From IMG/VR virus record IMGVR_UViG_3300020576_003687: a stretch of DNA of 64,000 bases. One strand, given 5' to 3'. The first letter of the stretch is position 1; each line of letters starts with the position of its first letter. Shown piece by piece: positions 47,452 through 58,015 of the stretch. Under the pieces are notes generated by a model. The model did not search any database. It was not told the origin of the DNA and worked only from the letters and a program-made list of their open reading frames with translations. This stretch comes from an uncultured virus (IMG/VR IMGVR_UViG_3300020576_003687). Lineage: Duplodnaviria > Heunggongvirae > Uroviricota > Caudoviricetes. A program made the position numbers and the translations under genes.

Positions 47452-48135
47452 ATGTTCGATCTACTAATTAAGTTTCCAACAAGAGGGCGACCGGATAAGT
47501 TTCGTAATCAATTTGACAAGTATTACAGTATGTTATCGGGTGAGCTAAAGGTAAAGTTCGTTGTTTCTATGGACATTGATGACCACTGGATGAATAACGA
47601 TGATATGAAATGGTGGCTAAGTTCTGCGAATGGCGGTAGACAACATATTTTCTACTATTATGGCAACTCGAAAAGTAAGGTTCAGGCAATAAATGCAGAC
47701 ATGCATCATCATAATGATTGGAAAATTCTTTTGCTAGCAAGCGATGATATGACTCCTATAGAAAAGGGTTATGACAAGATTATATTTGACGATATGGCAA
47801 AGAATTTTCCCAATTTTGACGGAGCTTTACATTATAGCGATGGAAGGGTTGGTCAAAGGCTGATTACTCTTTCTATCATGGGAAAGCCGCTGTATGACTA
47901 TTTTGGGTATATTTATCATCCTAGCTACGTTAGCCTCTATTGTGATAATGAGTTTCATGATTCTGTTTATGCCATGAATAAGGCCGTATATCTTGATAAG
48001 GTCATAATCAAGCATGATTGGGTTGACTATACAGGCAAGGATCAGCTTCATATGCGAAACGAATCGTTTTACCGGCAAGATGGAAGAACATACGAGCGCA
48101 GAAAAAGATCCAACTTCAATCCCAGATTACCTTGA
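47452..48135 (+). CDS. Putative GT-A glycosyltransferase
   Basis: IKFPTRGRP, SKVQAIN, LLASDDM, YIYHPSY.SLYCDNE. Confidence 0.6.
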   Translation: MFDLLIKFPTRGRPDKFRNQFDKYYSMLSGELKVKFVVSMDIDDHWMNNDDMKWWLSSANGGRQHIFYYYGNSKSKVQAINADMHHHNDWKILLLASDDMTPIEKGYDKIIFDDMAKNFPNFDGALHYSDGRVGQRLITLSIMGKPLYDYFGYIYHPSYVSLYCDNEFHDSVYAMNKAVYLDKVIIKHDWVDYTGKDQLHMRNESFYRQDGRTYERRKRSNFNPRLP

Positions 48136-48211
48136 TATTTGGTGAAATGCGCAATTACTCCCTGTACTAACTCCGAAAAATATATGTTCAGTCATATAAT
48201 GGAGAATATGT

Positions 48212-48595
48212 ATGAGGAGAAAGGTAGAGAAGAACGAGTCTAAGCCAAGTAAGGTTGCCAAAAAGACAAAAGACGTTAAACCAATCAAAAGAGGTAAGCG
48301 CAAACCAAAGGTAATCAAGCTAAAAGAAATTGGTATGGAGATGGACAAGATCTATGCCATAATTAGTTATTGCCAAATAAATAGGGTCGAACAAGAGTTA
48401 GTCATAGATCCGGTAGATTTCCCTGTAATAGAGAATATTCTCCGAGACGGAGAGATGGCTTTTACCAAATCTTCTCAAAATGATGGTATTCATTATCTTA
48501 TACAGCCTCCTCCAGAAATTGAAGTCTTGGACGAGGCTTTTATCTTTGACGAAGAACTAGAAAATGAACTTAAAGACGATGAACAATGCTTTTGA
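48212..48595 (+). CDS. Hypothetical protein
   Basis: 127-aa ORF; basic N-terminus, acidic C-terminus. Confidence 0.55.
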   Translation: MRRKVEKNESKPSKVAKKTKDVKPIKRGKRKPKVIKLKEIGMEMDKIYAIISYCQINRVEQELVIDPVDFPVIENILRDGEMAFTKSSQNDGIHYLIQPPPEIEVLDEAFIFDEELENELKDDEQCF

Positions 48596-48605
48596 AAGGT
48601 AAATA

Positions 48606-49523
48606 ATGAAAGTTCTAGTTACTGGCGGAACGGGCATGGTTGGGAAGGCCCTGCAAAGAATTTTTCCTAATGCAACCTATCTAAGCTCTATGGATTGTGA
48701 TTTGAGAGATGCAAGAGGGGTTAGTGGTTTGTTTTTCTCTCATAAACCTGACGCCGTAATCCATCTTGCAGCAAGAGTTGGAGGTATCAAGGATAACTCT
48801 GATTTTCTATACGATTACTTTGTTCAGAATCTTAGAATCAATACTAATGTTATCAATGCTTGTGTTGAATTGCGAGTTCCGAAGGTCATTGCTCTTTCAA
48901 GCACATGCGTTTATCCGGCAGTTGTTGAGTCTTATCCGATTAAAGAGGAGGTTCTTCATAAAGGCTATCCAGAAAAAACAAACTATGGCTATGCTTTTGC
49001 CAAAAGAATGATGCAGGTACAGATAGAAACAGCCAAGCAGCAGTATGGTTTGAACTGGACAACTGTTTATCCTAGTAATCTTTATGGTCCTTATGACACG
49101 TTTGACTTGCAAAAAAGTCATGTCATTCCTGCGTTGATGCTTAAGTTTCATAATGCTGTAAAAGAAGGTAAGGATACTGTTGAGGTTTATGGAACAGGTT
49201 TGCCTTTGCGACAGCTAACATATGTTGACGATCTTGCTAAGATGCTTTTGCGCATTCTTAATTCTGATATTAGTGGCGATTTTAATTTTGCAAATCCAAG
49301 AAACTATTCTATAGCAGAGATTGCTCAGTCAGTTGCAAGAGTTACAAACTATTGGGGTGGTATTTATTACAATGGAAAGCTTGACGGTGTTCATAGAAAA
49401 GATGTAGATATTTCAAAAATATCAAGTGTTTTTGCTCTTGAACCGTTTACTGATTTGGACGAAGGACTTAAGAAAACATATGACTGGTATCTTCAGCAAA
49501 CTTTAGAGAAAGAGAGAGTATGA
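48606..49523 (+). CDS. fcl: GDP-L-fucose synthase
   Basis: [40 protein letters not shown]...SHVIPAL. Confidence 0.9.
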   Translation: MKVLVTGGTGMVGKALQRIFPNATYLSSMDCDLRDARGVSGLFFSHKPDAVIHLAARVGGIKDNSDFLYDYFVQNLRINTNVINACVELRVPKVIALSSTCVYPAVVESYPIKEEVLHKGYPEKTNYGYAFAKRMMQVQIETAKQQYGLNWTTVYPSNLYGPYDTFDLQKSHVIPALMLKFHNAVKEGKDTVEVYGTGLPLRQLTYVDDLAKMLLRILNSDISGDFNFANPRNYSIAEIAQSVARVTNYWGGIYYNGKLDGVHRKDVDISKISSVFALEPFTDLDEGLKKTYDWYLQQTLEKERV

Positions 49524-50491
49524 AAAAGGCACTAATAACTGGCGTTTCAGGGCAAGATGGTTCTTATCTTGCAGAGTTTTTATTATCCAAAGGATATGAA
49601 GTTCATGGAACTCTGAGAAGGTCTAGTTCTTTCAATACAGAGAGAATAGACCATATTTTTGATAAGCTACATTTGCATCATGCAGATTTGCTTGATCAAA
49701 CGAGTATATCTGGAGTTATTAACGAGACTCGACCAGATGAAATATATCATCTTGCAGCTATGTCTCATGTCAAGGTTAGTTTTGAGATACCTCATTATAC
49801 CGTAGCCTCAACCGCTCTTGGTACATTGAATATACTTGAATCTGTAAGATCTTTGGGTCTTAATTCTAGAATATATAATGCTTCGTCTAGCGAGATGTTT
49901 GGAGCGGCATCTCCTCCTCAGAACGAATTAACAACTTTTTTACCACAAAGTCCTTATGCATGCGGAAAAGTCTGCGCTCATTATTTGACAAGAAACTATA
50001 GAGAATCATACGGTATGTATGCATGTAGTGGTATTCTTTTCAATCATGAAAGCCCTAGAAGAGGCGAAACGTTTGTTACGAGAAAGATAACAAGAGCAGT
50101 TGCAAGAATTAAAGCTGGATTACAAACAGAACTTCGTCTTGGCAATCTTGACGCTAAGCGAGATTGGGGTTATGCAAAAGAGTATGTTGAAGCGATGTGG
50201 CTTATGCTTCAGCAAGATAAACCTGAAGATTTTGTTGTTGCAACAGGTCAGAGTTATAGCGTTAGAGATTTTTTGCAAGAAGCTTTTTGGAGGGTCAATC
50301 TTGATTGGGAAGATTATGTCGTTATTGACCCGAAGTATTTTAGACCCTCAGAAGTGAACTTTTTGCTTGGCGACCCTTCAAAAGCCCGTGAAAAGCTTGG
50401 ATGGGTTCCGAAAACTTCTATGAAAGAGCTTTGTCATCTTATGGTGGATTCCGATATTCGCCAGCTTGGAAAGACGATTGATGTTGTATAA
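49520..50491 (+). CDS. gmd: GDP-mannose 4,6-dehydratase (copy 2)
   Basis: [58 protein letters not shown]. Confidence 0.95.
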   Translation: MKKALITGVSGQDGSYLAEFLLSKGYEVHGTLRRSSSFNTERIDHIFDKLHLHHADLLDQTSISGVINETRPDEIYHLAAMSHVKVSFEIPHYTVASTALGTLNILESVRSLGLNSRIYNASSSEMFGAASPPQNELTTFLPQSPYACGKVCAHYLTRNYRESYGMYACSGILFNHESPRRGETFVTRKITRAVARIKAGLQTELRLGNLDAKRDWGYAKEYVEAMWLMLQQDKPEDFVVATGQSYSVRDFLQEAFWRVNLDWEDYVVIDPKYFRPSEVNFLLGDPSKAREKLGWVPKTSMKELCHLMVDSDIRQLGKTIDVV

Positions 50492-50503
50492 GGAGCTAAA
50501 TAC

Positions 50504-50923
50504 ATGCTGATTAGAACTGTAGAGAACTTTTTTGGACCAGACGGCGAAAGAATCGAAAGATTGACTCTTGTTGACGCGGACAGCGGGATGACTCCTACTG
50601 ACGAGCAAATAGCTGCTGAACTTAAGGAACCAGAACCAAGAGTTGTCCATCTTGGAGTTATTCTTATCCCCGTTGGCGTTCATGCGCCTGGTCCTGACGG
50701 ACGACCAGTGCTTATAGATGTTCGTCCGCAAGAGGTTCGATTCCCAATTGAGAGCGAAACCCTCAAAGAGGCTTACGAGAAGTTCCCAGAGCTTGCAAAG
50801 CAAGTTATTGACGATTTGCGCAAGAAGCAGGAAGATAAGGCTAAGAGCAAGCCCGATATCATTGTTCCTAATGCCGCTCAATCCGAGGCAATCAATAGAT
50901 TGAAGCTTGTAACTCCCGAGTAA
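50504..50923 (+). CDS. Hypothetical protein
   Basis: 139-aa ORF with SD AAGGAG. Confidence 0.6.
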   Translation: MLIRTVENFFGPDGERIERLTLVDADSGMTPTDEQIAAELKEPEPRVVHLGVILIPVGVHAPGPDGRPVLIDVRPQEVRFPIESETLKEAYEKFPELAKQVIDDLRKKQEDKAKSKPDIIVPNAAQSEAINRLKLVTPE

Positions 50924-50935
50924 GGAATAAGCAAC

Positions 50936-52024
50936 ATGAAGTTTGAAAATGCTGCTGGTGAGCAATATTGGCCTTCGTCTTGGTTAACATTCAATGATGT
51001 TCTTCTAAAGCCACAAAGGTCTCCATTCAAATCAAGAATGGATAGTCGTATTAGCCTTATTTCGCATCTTGCTGAAGGAGTGTCTTTAGATATTCCGTTT
51101 ATCAGCGCCAATATGGATACCGTAACTGGTTCCAAGATGGCAAAGGAAATGTCTGAGCTTGGTGGCTTGGGTATTCTTCACCGTTTCTACCCGTCTCTTG
51201 ACGAGTATAAGAAAGAGATAGAAAAAGTCCATAAGTCATGTAGTTATACGGCATTTAGTGTTGGTTGCGGAAATAAATGGATTGAGTTTGCTAATGATAT
51301 AGTAGAAAAACTAAATTCGGAATTTCCGTCAAAGATGATTATTTGTCTTGACGTTGCTCATGGTCATATGGAGCAAGCTATAGAAACTGTTACCGAATTA
51401 GCGAAACTTGAAAGGGTTTGCGTTATTGCAGGTAATGTAGCAACCCCTGAGGGTGTTATTGATTTAGCTGCGGCTGGCGCTCATTGCGTCAAGGTTGGAG
51501 TTGGTTCCGGTTCTGTTTGTACAACAAGAATAGTTACAGGTCATGGCGTTCCTCAGCTTTCGGCTATTATAAGCGCTAGGCAAGCATTAGAGGGAGAAGG
51601 TTTTTCTAATGTTGGAATTATAGCTGACGGAGGTATTAGGAATGGCGGAGATATTATCAAAGCCATTGCTGCTGGGGCTGACGCTGTAATGTTGGGAAGT
51701 ATGTTGGCCGGTTGCGACGAAACGCCTGGTGAGATATTTACAACCAAGGACGGGTCTTTCAAGATGTATCGAGGACAGTCTTCGAAGCATTTTTTGAAGG
51801 ATATAGGTAAGATGGGCGTTGCTGCTGAGGGCGAGTCTATCGAGATAAAAGCAAAAGGCTCTGTCAAGGAAGTGATTTCAGAACTTGCAGGAGGCATTAG
51901 ATCGGGTTTGACTTATTCTGGAGCTTCTGATTTATACGATTTACAGAGCAAGGCTGTGTTTTTAGAGATTTCGCATCATGGTTGGGTCGAAAGCACTCCT
52001 CATGCGATAACAAGAGTTCATTGA
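50936..52024 (+). CDS. IMP dehydrogenase/GMP reductase family, no CBS domains
   Basis: [63 protein letters not shown]. Confidence 0.9.
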   Translation: MKFENAAGEQYWPSSWLTFNDVLLKPQRSPFKSRMDSRISLISHLAEGVSLDIPFISANMDTVTGSKMAKEMSELGGLGILHRFYPSLDEYKKEIEKVHKSCSYTAFSVGCGNKWIEFANDIVEKLNSEFPSKMIICLDVAHGHMEQAIETVTELAKLERVCVIAGNVATPEGVIDLAAAGAHCVKVGVGSGSVCTTRIVTGHGVPQLSAIISARQALEGEGFSNVGIIADGGIRNGGDIIKAIAAGADAVMLGSMLAGCDETPGEIFTTKDGSFKMYRGQSSKHFLKDIGKMGVAAEGESIEIKAKGSVKEVISELAGGIRSGLTYSGASDLYDLQSKAVFLEISHHGWVESTPHAITRVH

Positions 52025-52073
52025 AGTTGCTAACGTAGCGGCTTCTCAAGTTTGATCCTTTTGGAAGAAGTAA

Positions 52074-52469
52074 ATGAAAGCGCATTACGAAAAAGTTGTT
52101 CGAACTGTTTGCGGTGATAACTGGAATACGAATGAGGTTAGTCTCGACGAGAGAGATGGTGGCTATGGAGTTGCTATTTGTCTTGCGCAGCTTGTTCGAC
52201 CATCAAATAAGCTAATGGACATTGCCGAAACAATCGGCTGTCCTCCTCAGTATATAGAAATCGCTTATAAGCGACTCCAGATTAATGGGGTTCTCTCAGC
52301 AAATTCTCCTATTCTTAGAGATCCTGAGTTGATTATGAATGATGATATGACTGATGCTGAGATGGACCGTTCTGTTAAGGCGTGGTGCCATATTGCCGGA
52401 CTTGCTTCCGGCTTCATTGGTGTTGCCCCTTCTAGGCAGGAACTTATGGCAAGAAGGGGAGCTAGATGA
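52074..52469 (+). CDS. Hypothetical protein
   Basis: 131-aa ORF. Confidence 0.55.
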   Translation: MKAHYEKVVRTVCGDNWNTNEVSLDERDGGYGVAICLAQLVRPSNKLMDIAETIGCPPQYIEIAYKRLQINGVLSANSPILRDPELIMNDDMTDAEMDRSVKAWCHIAGLASGFIGVAPSRQELMARRGAR

Positions 52470-52470
52470 A

Positions 52471-53079
52471 ATGTCTATTTCTTGGGCTTCAAAACTTGCG
52501 ATTGCCTTCATAAGGCCATTTAGATCTTATGTTGACGGTTATAGTTTATTCAAAGGCGAAAAGGCTCAAGTTGAAGCTGATATAAGAGCTAAGATTGATG
52601 CTATTGCTGAGAATGCGAGAAGCCGCAACCCGGATATAGATGAAGAAAGGCTTGAGTATACTAAAGAATGCCTCATAGCTATCAATATGAAACTCATTGA
52701 TAGTTATGATAAGAGTTATGGAGATATCCTAACTGAGGTTTTGGATAAGCTCACTATAGATCTTGAATCCGAAATAAAGAACTCTTTCAATGGAGAAGAG
52801 CAGGAAAAGCTAATAGAACTAGTGTCGAATCCTGTTTTTCAAAAGTTGTTGCAAAATCAGAAACTGTTTGGTTTACTTAAGAAAAGCGAACTAGATTTGG
52901 AATACAAGCTTCGTCTCAAAACTATGGTTGACATTTCAAGCACTAAGGGCGTTGAAGAAATGAAGAATCTTCTTCGTGATTTGAAGAAGAAGAGGCAACA
53001 AAGAGACGATGAGGACGAGAATGGTTTTGATTTTCCTCCAGACGAGGAAGGTCAGAATGATACAGACTTTTGGAATTAA
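52471..53079 (+). CDS. Hypothetical helical protein
   Basis: ATG 52471 follows the upstream stop by 1 nt. Confidence 0.55.
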   Translation: MSISWASKLAIAFIRPFRSYVDGYSLFKGEKAQVEADIRAKIDAIAENARSRNPDIDEERLEYTKECLIAINMKLIDSYDKSYGDILTEVLDKLTIDLESEIKNSFNGEEQEKLIELVSNPVFQKLLQNQKLFGLLKKSELDLEYKLRLKTMVDISSTKGVEEMKNLLRDLKKKRQQRDDEDENGFDFPPDEEGQNDTDFWN

Positions 53080-53106
53080 CCAAGGCAATTAGAAAGGAAA
53101 TCAAGA

Positions 53107-53325
53107 ATGAGTGTATCAACGATTCGCAAGAGAGTTATCAACTCCAAGAGGCATACGGTTGGTTTTGTTTTGACGGGAAATAAGAGGGTCTCCAGAGCCG
53201 AGGCTGTTCGCATGGCGCGTCAGTCAATGATCGGCGGTGTTAGAGTGGTTCGAAGCTCGCAAGGAACGTACTTGCAAAGCACAACGGATCGTAATTTGTA
53301 CGATCTTCCAACAGTCAGTAACTGA
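53107..53325 (+). CDS. Small basic protein, DUF3892-like
   Basis: SRAEAVRM.....IGGVRVV.....YLQS....NLYDLP. Confidence 0.6.
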   Translation: MSVSTIRKRVINSKRHTVGFVLTGNKRVSRAEAVRMARQSMIGGVRVVRSSQGTYLQSTTDRNLYDLPTVSN

Positions 53326-53354
53326 GTATTTGAGTGATTATGCCTGGTTAGTTC

Positions 53355-53390
53355 AAAAGGCGTGAGGATTTGTTTCCTTACGCCTTTTTT
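53355..53390 (+). terminator. Rho-independent terminator
   Basis: Stem AAAAGGCGTGAGGA / TCCTTACGCCTTTT with T tail. Confidence 0.75.
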
Positions 53391-53404
53391 GTCGAAATGA
53401 TGTT

Positions 53405-55393
53405 ATGGCAAAGTACCTCGTTATAGTTGAATCGCCTGAAAAGGCTAAGAAAATAGGCGGATACCTTGGTAAAGATTACAAGGTAATGGCTTCAGTGGGT
53501 CATGTTATAGACCTGCCTTCAAAGGGACTTAACGTAAACATCAAGAAGAATTTTGAACCCAAATACGATGTCATGCCGGGTAAGGAAGATGTTGTTAAGG
53601 CTATTGTAAAGGCCGCAGAAGATGTTGATGAAGTTTATCTTATGAGCGACCCAGATAGGGAAGGGGAAGCGATTGCTTGGCATCTCAGCCGACAACTTCC
53701 TAAGGGTATTCCGTTCAAGCGAGCAAAGACAAATAGCATTACAAAGCAAGCGGTTCAAGACGCAATCAATAATGCTCATAGTATAGATTATGACCTTGTA
53801 GATAGTTATGAAACAAGGCGAATTCTTGATAGGCTGGTAGGCTATAAGTGTAGCTTCATTACAACTTCTGCCACAGGCGGTAAGTCCGCAGGAAGAGTTC
53901 AAAGCGCTGCTCTTAGAGTTCTTGCCGAGAGAGAAAAAGAGATACAGACGTTTGTTCCTCAAGAGTTTTGGGAAATCGACGCTGAACTTTTAACTCCAAA
54001 GAAAGAGAAAATTGTAGCCTCTCTTGTTGATCCTGATAAAATGGATGTCAAGAATAAAGAGCAGGCCGATGTTATTGTCGCTGCAATTAAAGGCAAGGTT
54101 GCTAAGGTTTCTAAGTACGAAAGCAAAGAGGTCTTTGTTTCGCCAAGAGCGCCTTTTACAACTTCAACGCTTCAACAAACAGCAGCTTCTGTTCTTGGAT
54201 GGGATCAGGATAAAACAATGAGAGTCGCTCAATCGTTGTATGAAAATGGTCATATAACGTACATGAGAACCGACTCTGTAACAATCGTTCCGCAGTTTAT
54301 CTCTGATACTAGAACATATCTTCAAGCTAACTTTGACAAAACTTATTTACCAAAAACAGCAAACGTATATTCCAACAAAGCTGCTGCTCAGGCTGCTCAC
54401 GAAGCCATACGACCTGTTGACGTAACTGTTACTCAGGTTTCTTCTGACACTGATTCAAGAAAGCTATATGATTTGATTTGGCGCAGGACTGTTTCAAGTC
54501 AAATGGAGAAGGCTAAAAACCTATCCGTTTCTGCTCGTTTCAAAGTTGGCAAATATGAACTAGGCGCAACAGGTAGCGTCTCTTTGTTTGACGGATGGAA
54601 AAAAGTATGGCACTGGTCTGCTGGTGAAGATAAGCCTTTGCCTCTTTTGAATGTTGGTGATGATTGCGACGTTATTGATGTTACTTCTGAACAGAAGTTT
54701 ACTCAGCCGCCTTCTCGTTATACCAAATCTTCGATTACGAAGATGTATGAAGAAACTGGCATAGGAAGACCTAGCACTTATGCAAGTATAACCAAAACAC
54801 TTAAGGCTCGACAATATATTGAGCTTGCTGGTAATTCGTACAAAGTAACTGATCTTGGTATGAAGGTTTGCGACTTCCTTGTTAAGTCAAAGTTCTGTTT
54901 TATGGACTTGAACTTTACTTCTGATATGGAAGGTAAACTTGATAAGATTGGTGATAAAGAGCTTAAGAAGTTGGACGTTCTGACTGATTTTTGGGATAGA
55001 CTAAAGAATGATATTGATTTTGCTACCCAAACCAAGAACAATCTTGCTGTAACTGACTTTGATTGTCCTAAATGTAAGACCAAGCTATTGCTGAAACATG
55101 GTCGTTTTGGCGATTTCTTTGCTTGTCCTGTTAAGGAATGCAAGTTTACAGCAAATGTTGGCGAAGACGGCAAACCTAAGGAAAAGGTTGTTGTTGAAAA
55201 GGTGTATTGTAAAGACAACTGCCCTACTTGCTCTTCCAAGATGATTCTTAGAAAGAGTAAGTTTGGAGAGTTTTATGGATGCGAAAAGTATCCTAAATGC
55301 AAGGGTATGAGAGGGGCTGACGGAGAGGAAATAAAGCCCAAGCCGCCTGGCGAAGGATTCAAACGAAGATTCTTTAAGGGGAAGAAGAAATGA
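53405..55393 (+). CDS. topA: DNA topoisomerase I (type IA) with zinc ribbons
   Basis: LVIVESP.KAK, ASVGH, DPDREGEAI, SAGRVQS, HITYMRTDS, AHEAIRP, GIGRPSTY, C-terminal C4 repeats. Confidence 0.95.
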   Translation: MAKYLVIVESPEKAKKIGGYLGKDYKVMASVGHVIDLPSKGLNVNIKKNFEPKYDVMPGKEDVVKAIVKAAEDVDEVYLMSDPDREGEAIAWHLSRQLPKGIPFKRAKTNSITKQAVQDAINNAHSIDYDLVDSYETRRILDRLVGYKCSFITTSATGGKSAGRVQSAALRVLAEREKEIQTFVPQEFWEIDAELLTPKKEKIVASLVDPDKMDVKNKEQADVIVAAIKGKVAKVSKYESKEVFVSPRAPFTTSTLQQTAASVLGWDQDKTMRVAQSLYENGHITYMRTDSVTIVPQFISDTRTYLQANFDKTYLPKTANVYSNKAAAQAAHEAIRPVDVTVTQVSSDTDSRKLYDLIWRRTVSSQMEKAKNLSVSARFKVGKYELGATGSVSLFDGWKKVWHWSAGEDKPLPLLNVGDDCDVIDVTSEQKFTQPPSRYTKSSITKMYEETGIGRPSTYASITKTLKARQYIELAGNSYKVTDLGMKVCDFLVKSKFCFMDLNFTSDMEGKLDKIGDKELKKLDVLTDFWDRLKNDIDFATQTKNNLAVTDFDCPKCKTKLLLKHGRFGDFFACPVKECKFTANVGEDGKPKEKVVVEKVYCKDNCPTCSSKMILRKSKFGEFYGCEKYPKCKGMRGADGEEIKPKPPGEGFKRRFFKGKKK

Positions 55394-56121
55394 GCGATAA
55401 TCTTGAATGGAATGTAACTTCGATTCCCGCTCAAAGTATTAACGGAACTGTTTTTTCTGTTACTGTACCTGTTAGCGGTCCTCCAGTGTTTTCTGGCACT
55501 CCTTTTGACGGTTCTGTAGTTGTTTATGCCAATGATAATTCCGCGCTTTTTAATTCCGAAGACGATATAAGTATGAATGTCAAAATTGATCATTCTGATA
55601 TAGCAACTATTAGATCGATAATGACGTTTATATACAATGAGTTTGGAAATGTTCATTCTAAGGTTTTCAATCTCAATTGTTTCTTTTATCTTGGCAAAGA
55701 TAATGAGAAAATGTGTTTTCAACATCTAAAGAGTCTTCCTGTTTTTAGAATGTCTTTTCCAAAGCATTCTTCAAATTCTATTTTGTTCCATTCTGATTGG
55801 GATGGTCATCCTAAGGTTTTTGAAGGATGGGATATGATTGAAGAACAAAGTCTAAACGGCGGAGCAATTACCCACAAAGTTAAGAATTCATTTGTTATAC
55901 CAGATGTTAGTAGAATATCTGTGTACAAATGGGGTTTTGAAGTTACTAATGAATCAGGTTCAGTTCAACTTATTGCTATTATGGCTTATGCCTTAGAAAC
56001 AAAGTTTGACGCGCAGCTTGGAAAAGTTGGATGGAGACCTCCATTCAAACAAGAACTAATAGAGAAAGAACCTGATTTTATGAAACCAACTGCTGAATGG
56101 AGAAAAAGCAATGAAGGGTGA
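55390..56121 (+). CDS. Hypothetical protein
   Basis: 243-aa ATGA-coupled ORF. Confidence 0.6.
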   Translation: MSDNLEWNVTSIPAQSINGTVFSVTVPVSGPPVFSGTPFDGSVVVYANDNSALFNSEDDISMNVKIDHSDIATIRSIMTFIYNEFGNVHSKVFNLNCFFYLGKDNEKMCFQHLKSLPVFRMSFPKHSSNSILFHSDWDGHPKVFEGWDMIEEQSLNGGAITHKVKNSFVIPDVSRISVYKWGFEVTNESGSVQLIAIMAYALETKFDAQLGKVGWRPPFKQELIEKEPDFMKPTAEWRKSNEG

Positions 56122-56338
56122 AATCCGAGGATTGAAGGCTGGTGAGTATTTGAGTAAGGACGGAACGCTACTATTGCGTCTAAAGAAGACAGATAATGGT
56201 GTAACGATTGAAATAGCAGACTTTGATGCCGACATATTCTATGCCGCAAACGTTGACGGCAAAGAAGTAAAGTTTGAATGGGGCAATGTAACTCCAAGCT
56301 CCCTAACTGACAAAGGAATGCAAGATGGCGAAGATTAA
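56111..56338 (+). CDS. Hypothetical protein
   Basis: 75-aa ORF overlapping both neighbours. Confidence 0.5.
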   Translation: MKGEIRGLKAGEYLSKDGTLLLRLKKTDNGVTIEIADFDADIFYAANVDGKEVKFEWGNVTPSSLTDKGMQDGED

Positions 56339-56762
56339 ACCAGAATACAAGGAGCTGCCAGAGTTTGTTGAGATTATGCAGAAGGTTCTAGATCGTTATC
56401 CAGGTGTTTTTCCTGATATTGATCCTGATCAAATTGCTGCTGTTCAGATTGTAAACAAGCCTCGGCCCGAAAAGAAGAACCAAGTTTGGGATCTTAAGCC
56501 GGTAAAGGCTCCTGTTACCTTGTTCTGTCCCAAGGTCTATTTTGTTGTTCTTTACTCTAGCGATTGGGACGTATTTGATGAGGCTCGTAAGGCTGCTGTT
56601 GTTGCAGACGTTCTGTTCTCGATTTCTCCAACCGTTGATGGCGATACCATTCCGTTTGACAAGAGAGACCATAGCATTATTCTTAGAACGCTTGGCGTTG
56701 ACTACATGAGCGAGCCTGTCATTGCTAATATTCTCGAAGAAAACGTTGATTGGAAACAATAA
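56325..56762 (+). CDS. Phage putative metallopeptidase-like protein lacking HExxH
   Basis: YFVVLY...W...DE..K.AVV.D.L..I...PFD..DH..ILR.LG pattern; assignment tentative. Confidence 0.45.
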   Translation: MAKIKPEYKELPEFVEIMQKVLDRYPGVFPDIDPDQIAAVQIVNKPRPEKKNQVWDLKPVKAPVTLFCPKVYFVVLYSSDWDVFDEARKAAVVADVLFSISPTVDGDTIPFDKRDHSIILRTLGVDYMSEPVIANILEENVDWKQ

Positions 56763-56772
56763 GGAGAGATGA

Positions 56773-57228
56773 ATGAAGTATCAACTTTGGAATCAAGACG
56801 AGTACGGAACAGGATCTATTGTTGGCACGTTTGACTCCGCTGAAAAAGCGATTGCTCAGGCGAGGCAACTGGTAACTTCTGCTAACTTTGGTAATTCGTT
56901 GTCTGCTCTTGAGCAGATGCGCAACATAGAGAGTTATTTTGTCGAAGTTCTTGGAAAGAAGAATACCATAGACAGTAATGTTGTCTATGGTGGTAATAGA
57001 CGAGGCGGTAAGTTTGTTACTTATAAGGTTGGCTCTACTGATCCTGTAGAGTTTGCTCCTGAGAAAGCTTCCGTTAGAATCTATGTTGGCTCAAAGTTTA
57101 CAAACAAAGGGGCAGCTAAAGAAGAGGCTAAGATTTACATGACTGATGATAAGGGCAATCTTATCTCTAGTATGAATCATAAGTCATTAGCAGGTAAGTC
57201 TGTTTACTTTGTTGTACCGTTGGCTTGA
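56773..57228 (+). CDS. Hypothetical protein
   Basis: 151-aa ORF with SD AAGGAG. Confidence 0.6.
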   Translation: MKYQLWNQDEYGTGSIVGTFDSAEKAIAQARQLVTSANFGNSLSALEQMRNIESYFVEVLGKKNTIDSNVVYGGNRRGGKFVTYKVGSTDPVEFAPEKASVRIYVGSKFTNKGAAKEEAKIYMTDDKGNLISSMNHKSLAGKSVYFVVPLA

Positions 57229-57241
57229 ACGGAGGCTCGAC

Positions 57242-58015
57242 ATGACAGTGGTTCTTGGCTTTTCTGGTAAAAAGCAAAGCGGTAAAGACACTTTGCTTAG
57301 TAATATAACTCCGCACCTAAATGGTACTGTTAAGAAGTACAGCTTTGCTGACGGACTCAAGAATTTTCTTGTAGACGTTATGGGCTTGCGACCTGAGCAG
57401 GTTTGGGGAACGGACGAACAGAAGAATACAAAGACAAACTACCTTTGGGAAAACTTCCCTGATTTTATGAGATGGGAAAATGGAGGTAGATGGGTTGATT
57501 TTGGAGGCAGACAGCTAACAAATCAAGTCCCTCTTTTTGAAAGTTCAATCGGCTATGGCGATTTTTCTCCAGAAAGATTGTATTGGTCTCTTAAGCATTC
57601 TGGCGGAGCCGTTCCTGTTAATCTGAAGTCTGGCAATATGTCTGGCAGAGAACTTATGCAAGTTCTTGGAACGGATATATGCAGAAGGATGTTTAGTCAG
57701 TATATCTGGGTCCATGCGACTTTTAGGCTTATTGCAAAAGAGAAAGTCGATTATGCGATTATCCCTGACCTAAGGTTTCCTTCTGAGTTGAATGGAGTTC
57801 AGCAACATGGAGGCCTTGTTGTGAGGCTAACCAGAGACGTTAGCCAAGGTGACGAACATCCAAGTGAAACCGCTCTTGACGGCTATGATTGGTCTCTTTT
57901 GGGGGATAGGGTGATTATCGTTCCGCCAGACTTGGGAATAGTCGAAACAAAAGACGTAGTTTGGGAATGGTTGCAGAAGAAATTAGGAAATCAAAATGAG
58001 TGTTCTAGCCAATAA
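57242..58015 (+). CDS. Deoxynucleoside monophosphate kinase (T4 gp1-like)
   Basis: LGFSGKKQSGKDT, SFADGLK, RELMQVLGTDICR, IPDLRFPSE, HPSETALD. Confidence 0.85.
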   Translation: MTVVLGFSGKKQSGKDTLLSNITPHLNGTVKKYSFADGLKNFLVDVMGLRPEQVWGTDEQKNTKTNYLWENFPDFMRWENGGRWVDFGGRQLTNQVPLFESSIGYGDFSPERLYWSLKHSGGAVPVNLKSGNMSGRELMQVLGTDICRRMFSQYIWVHATFRLIAKEKVDYAIIPDLRFPSELNGVQQHGGLVVRLTRDVSQGDEHPSETALDGYDWSLLGDRVIIVPPDLGIVETKDVVWEWLQKKLGNQNECSSQ

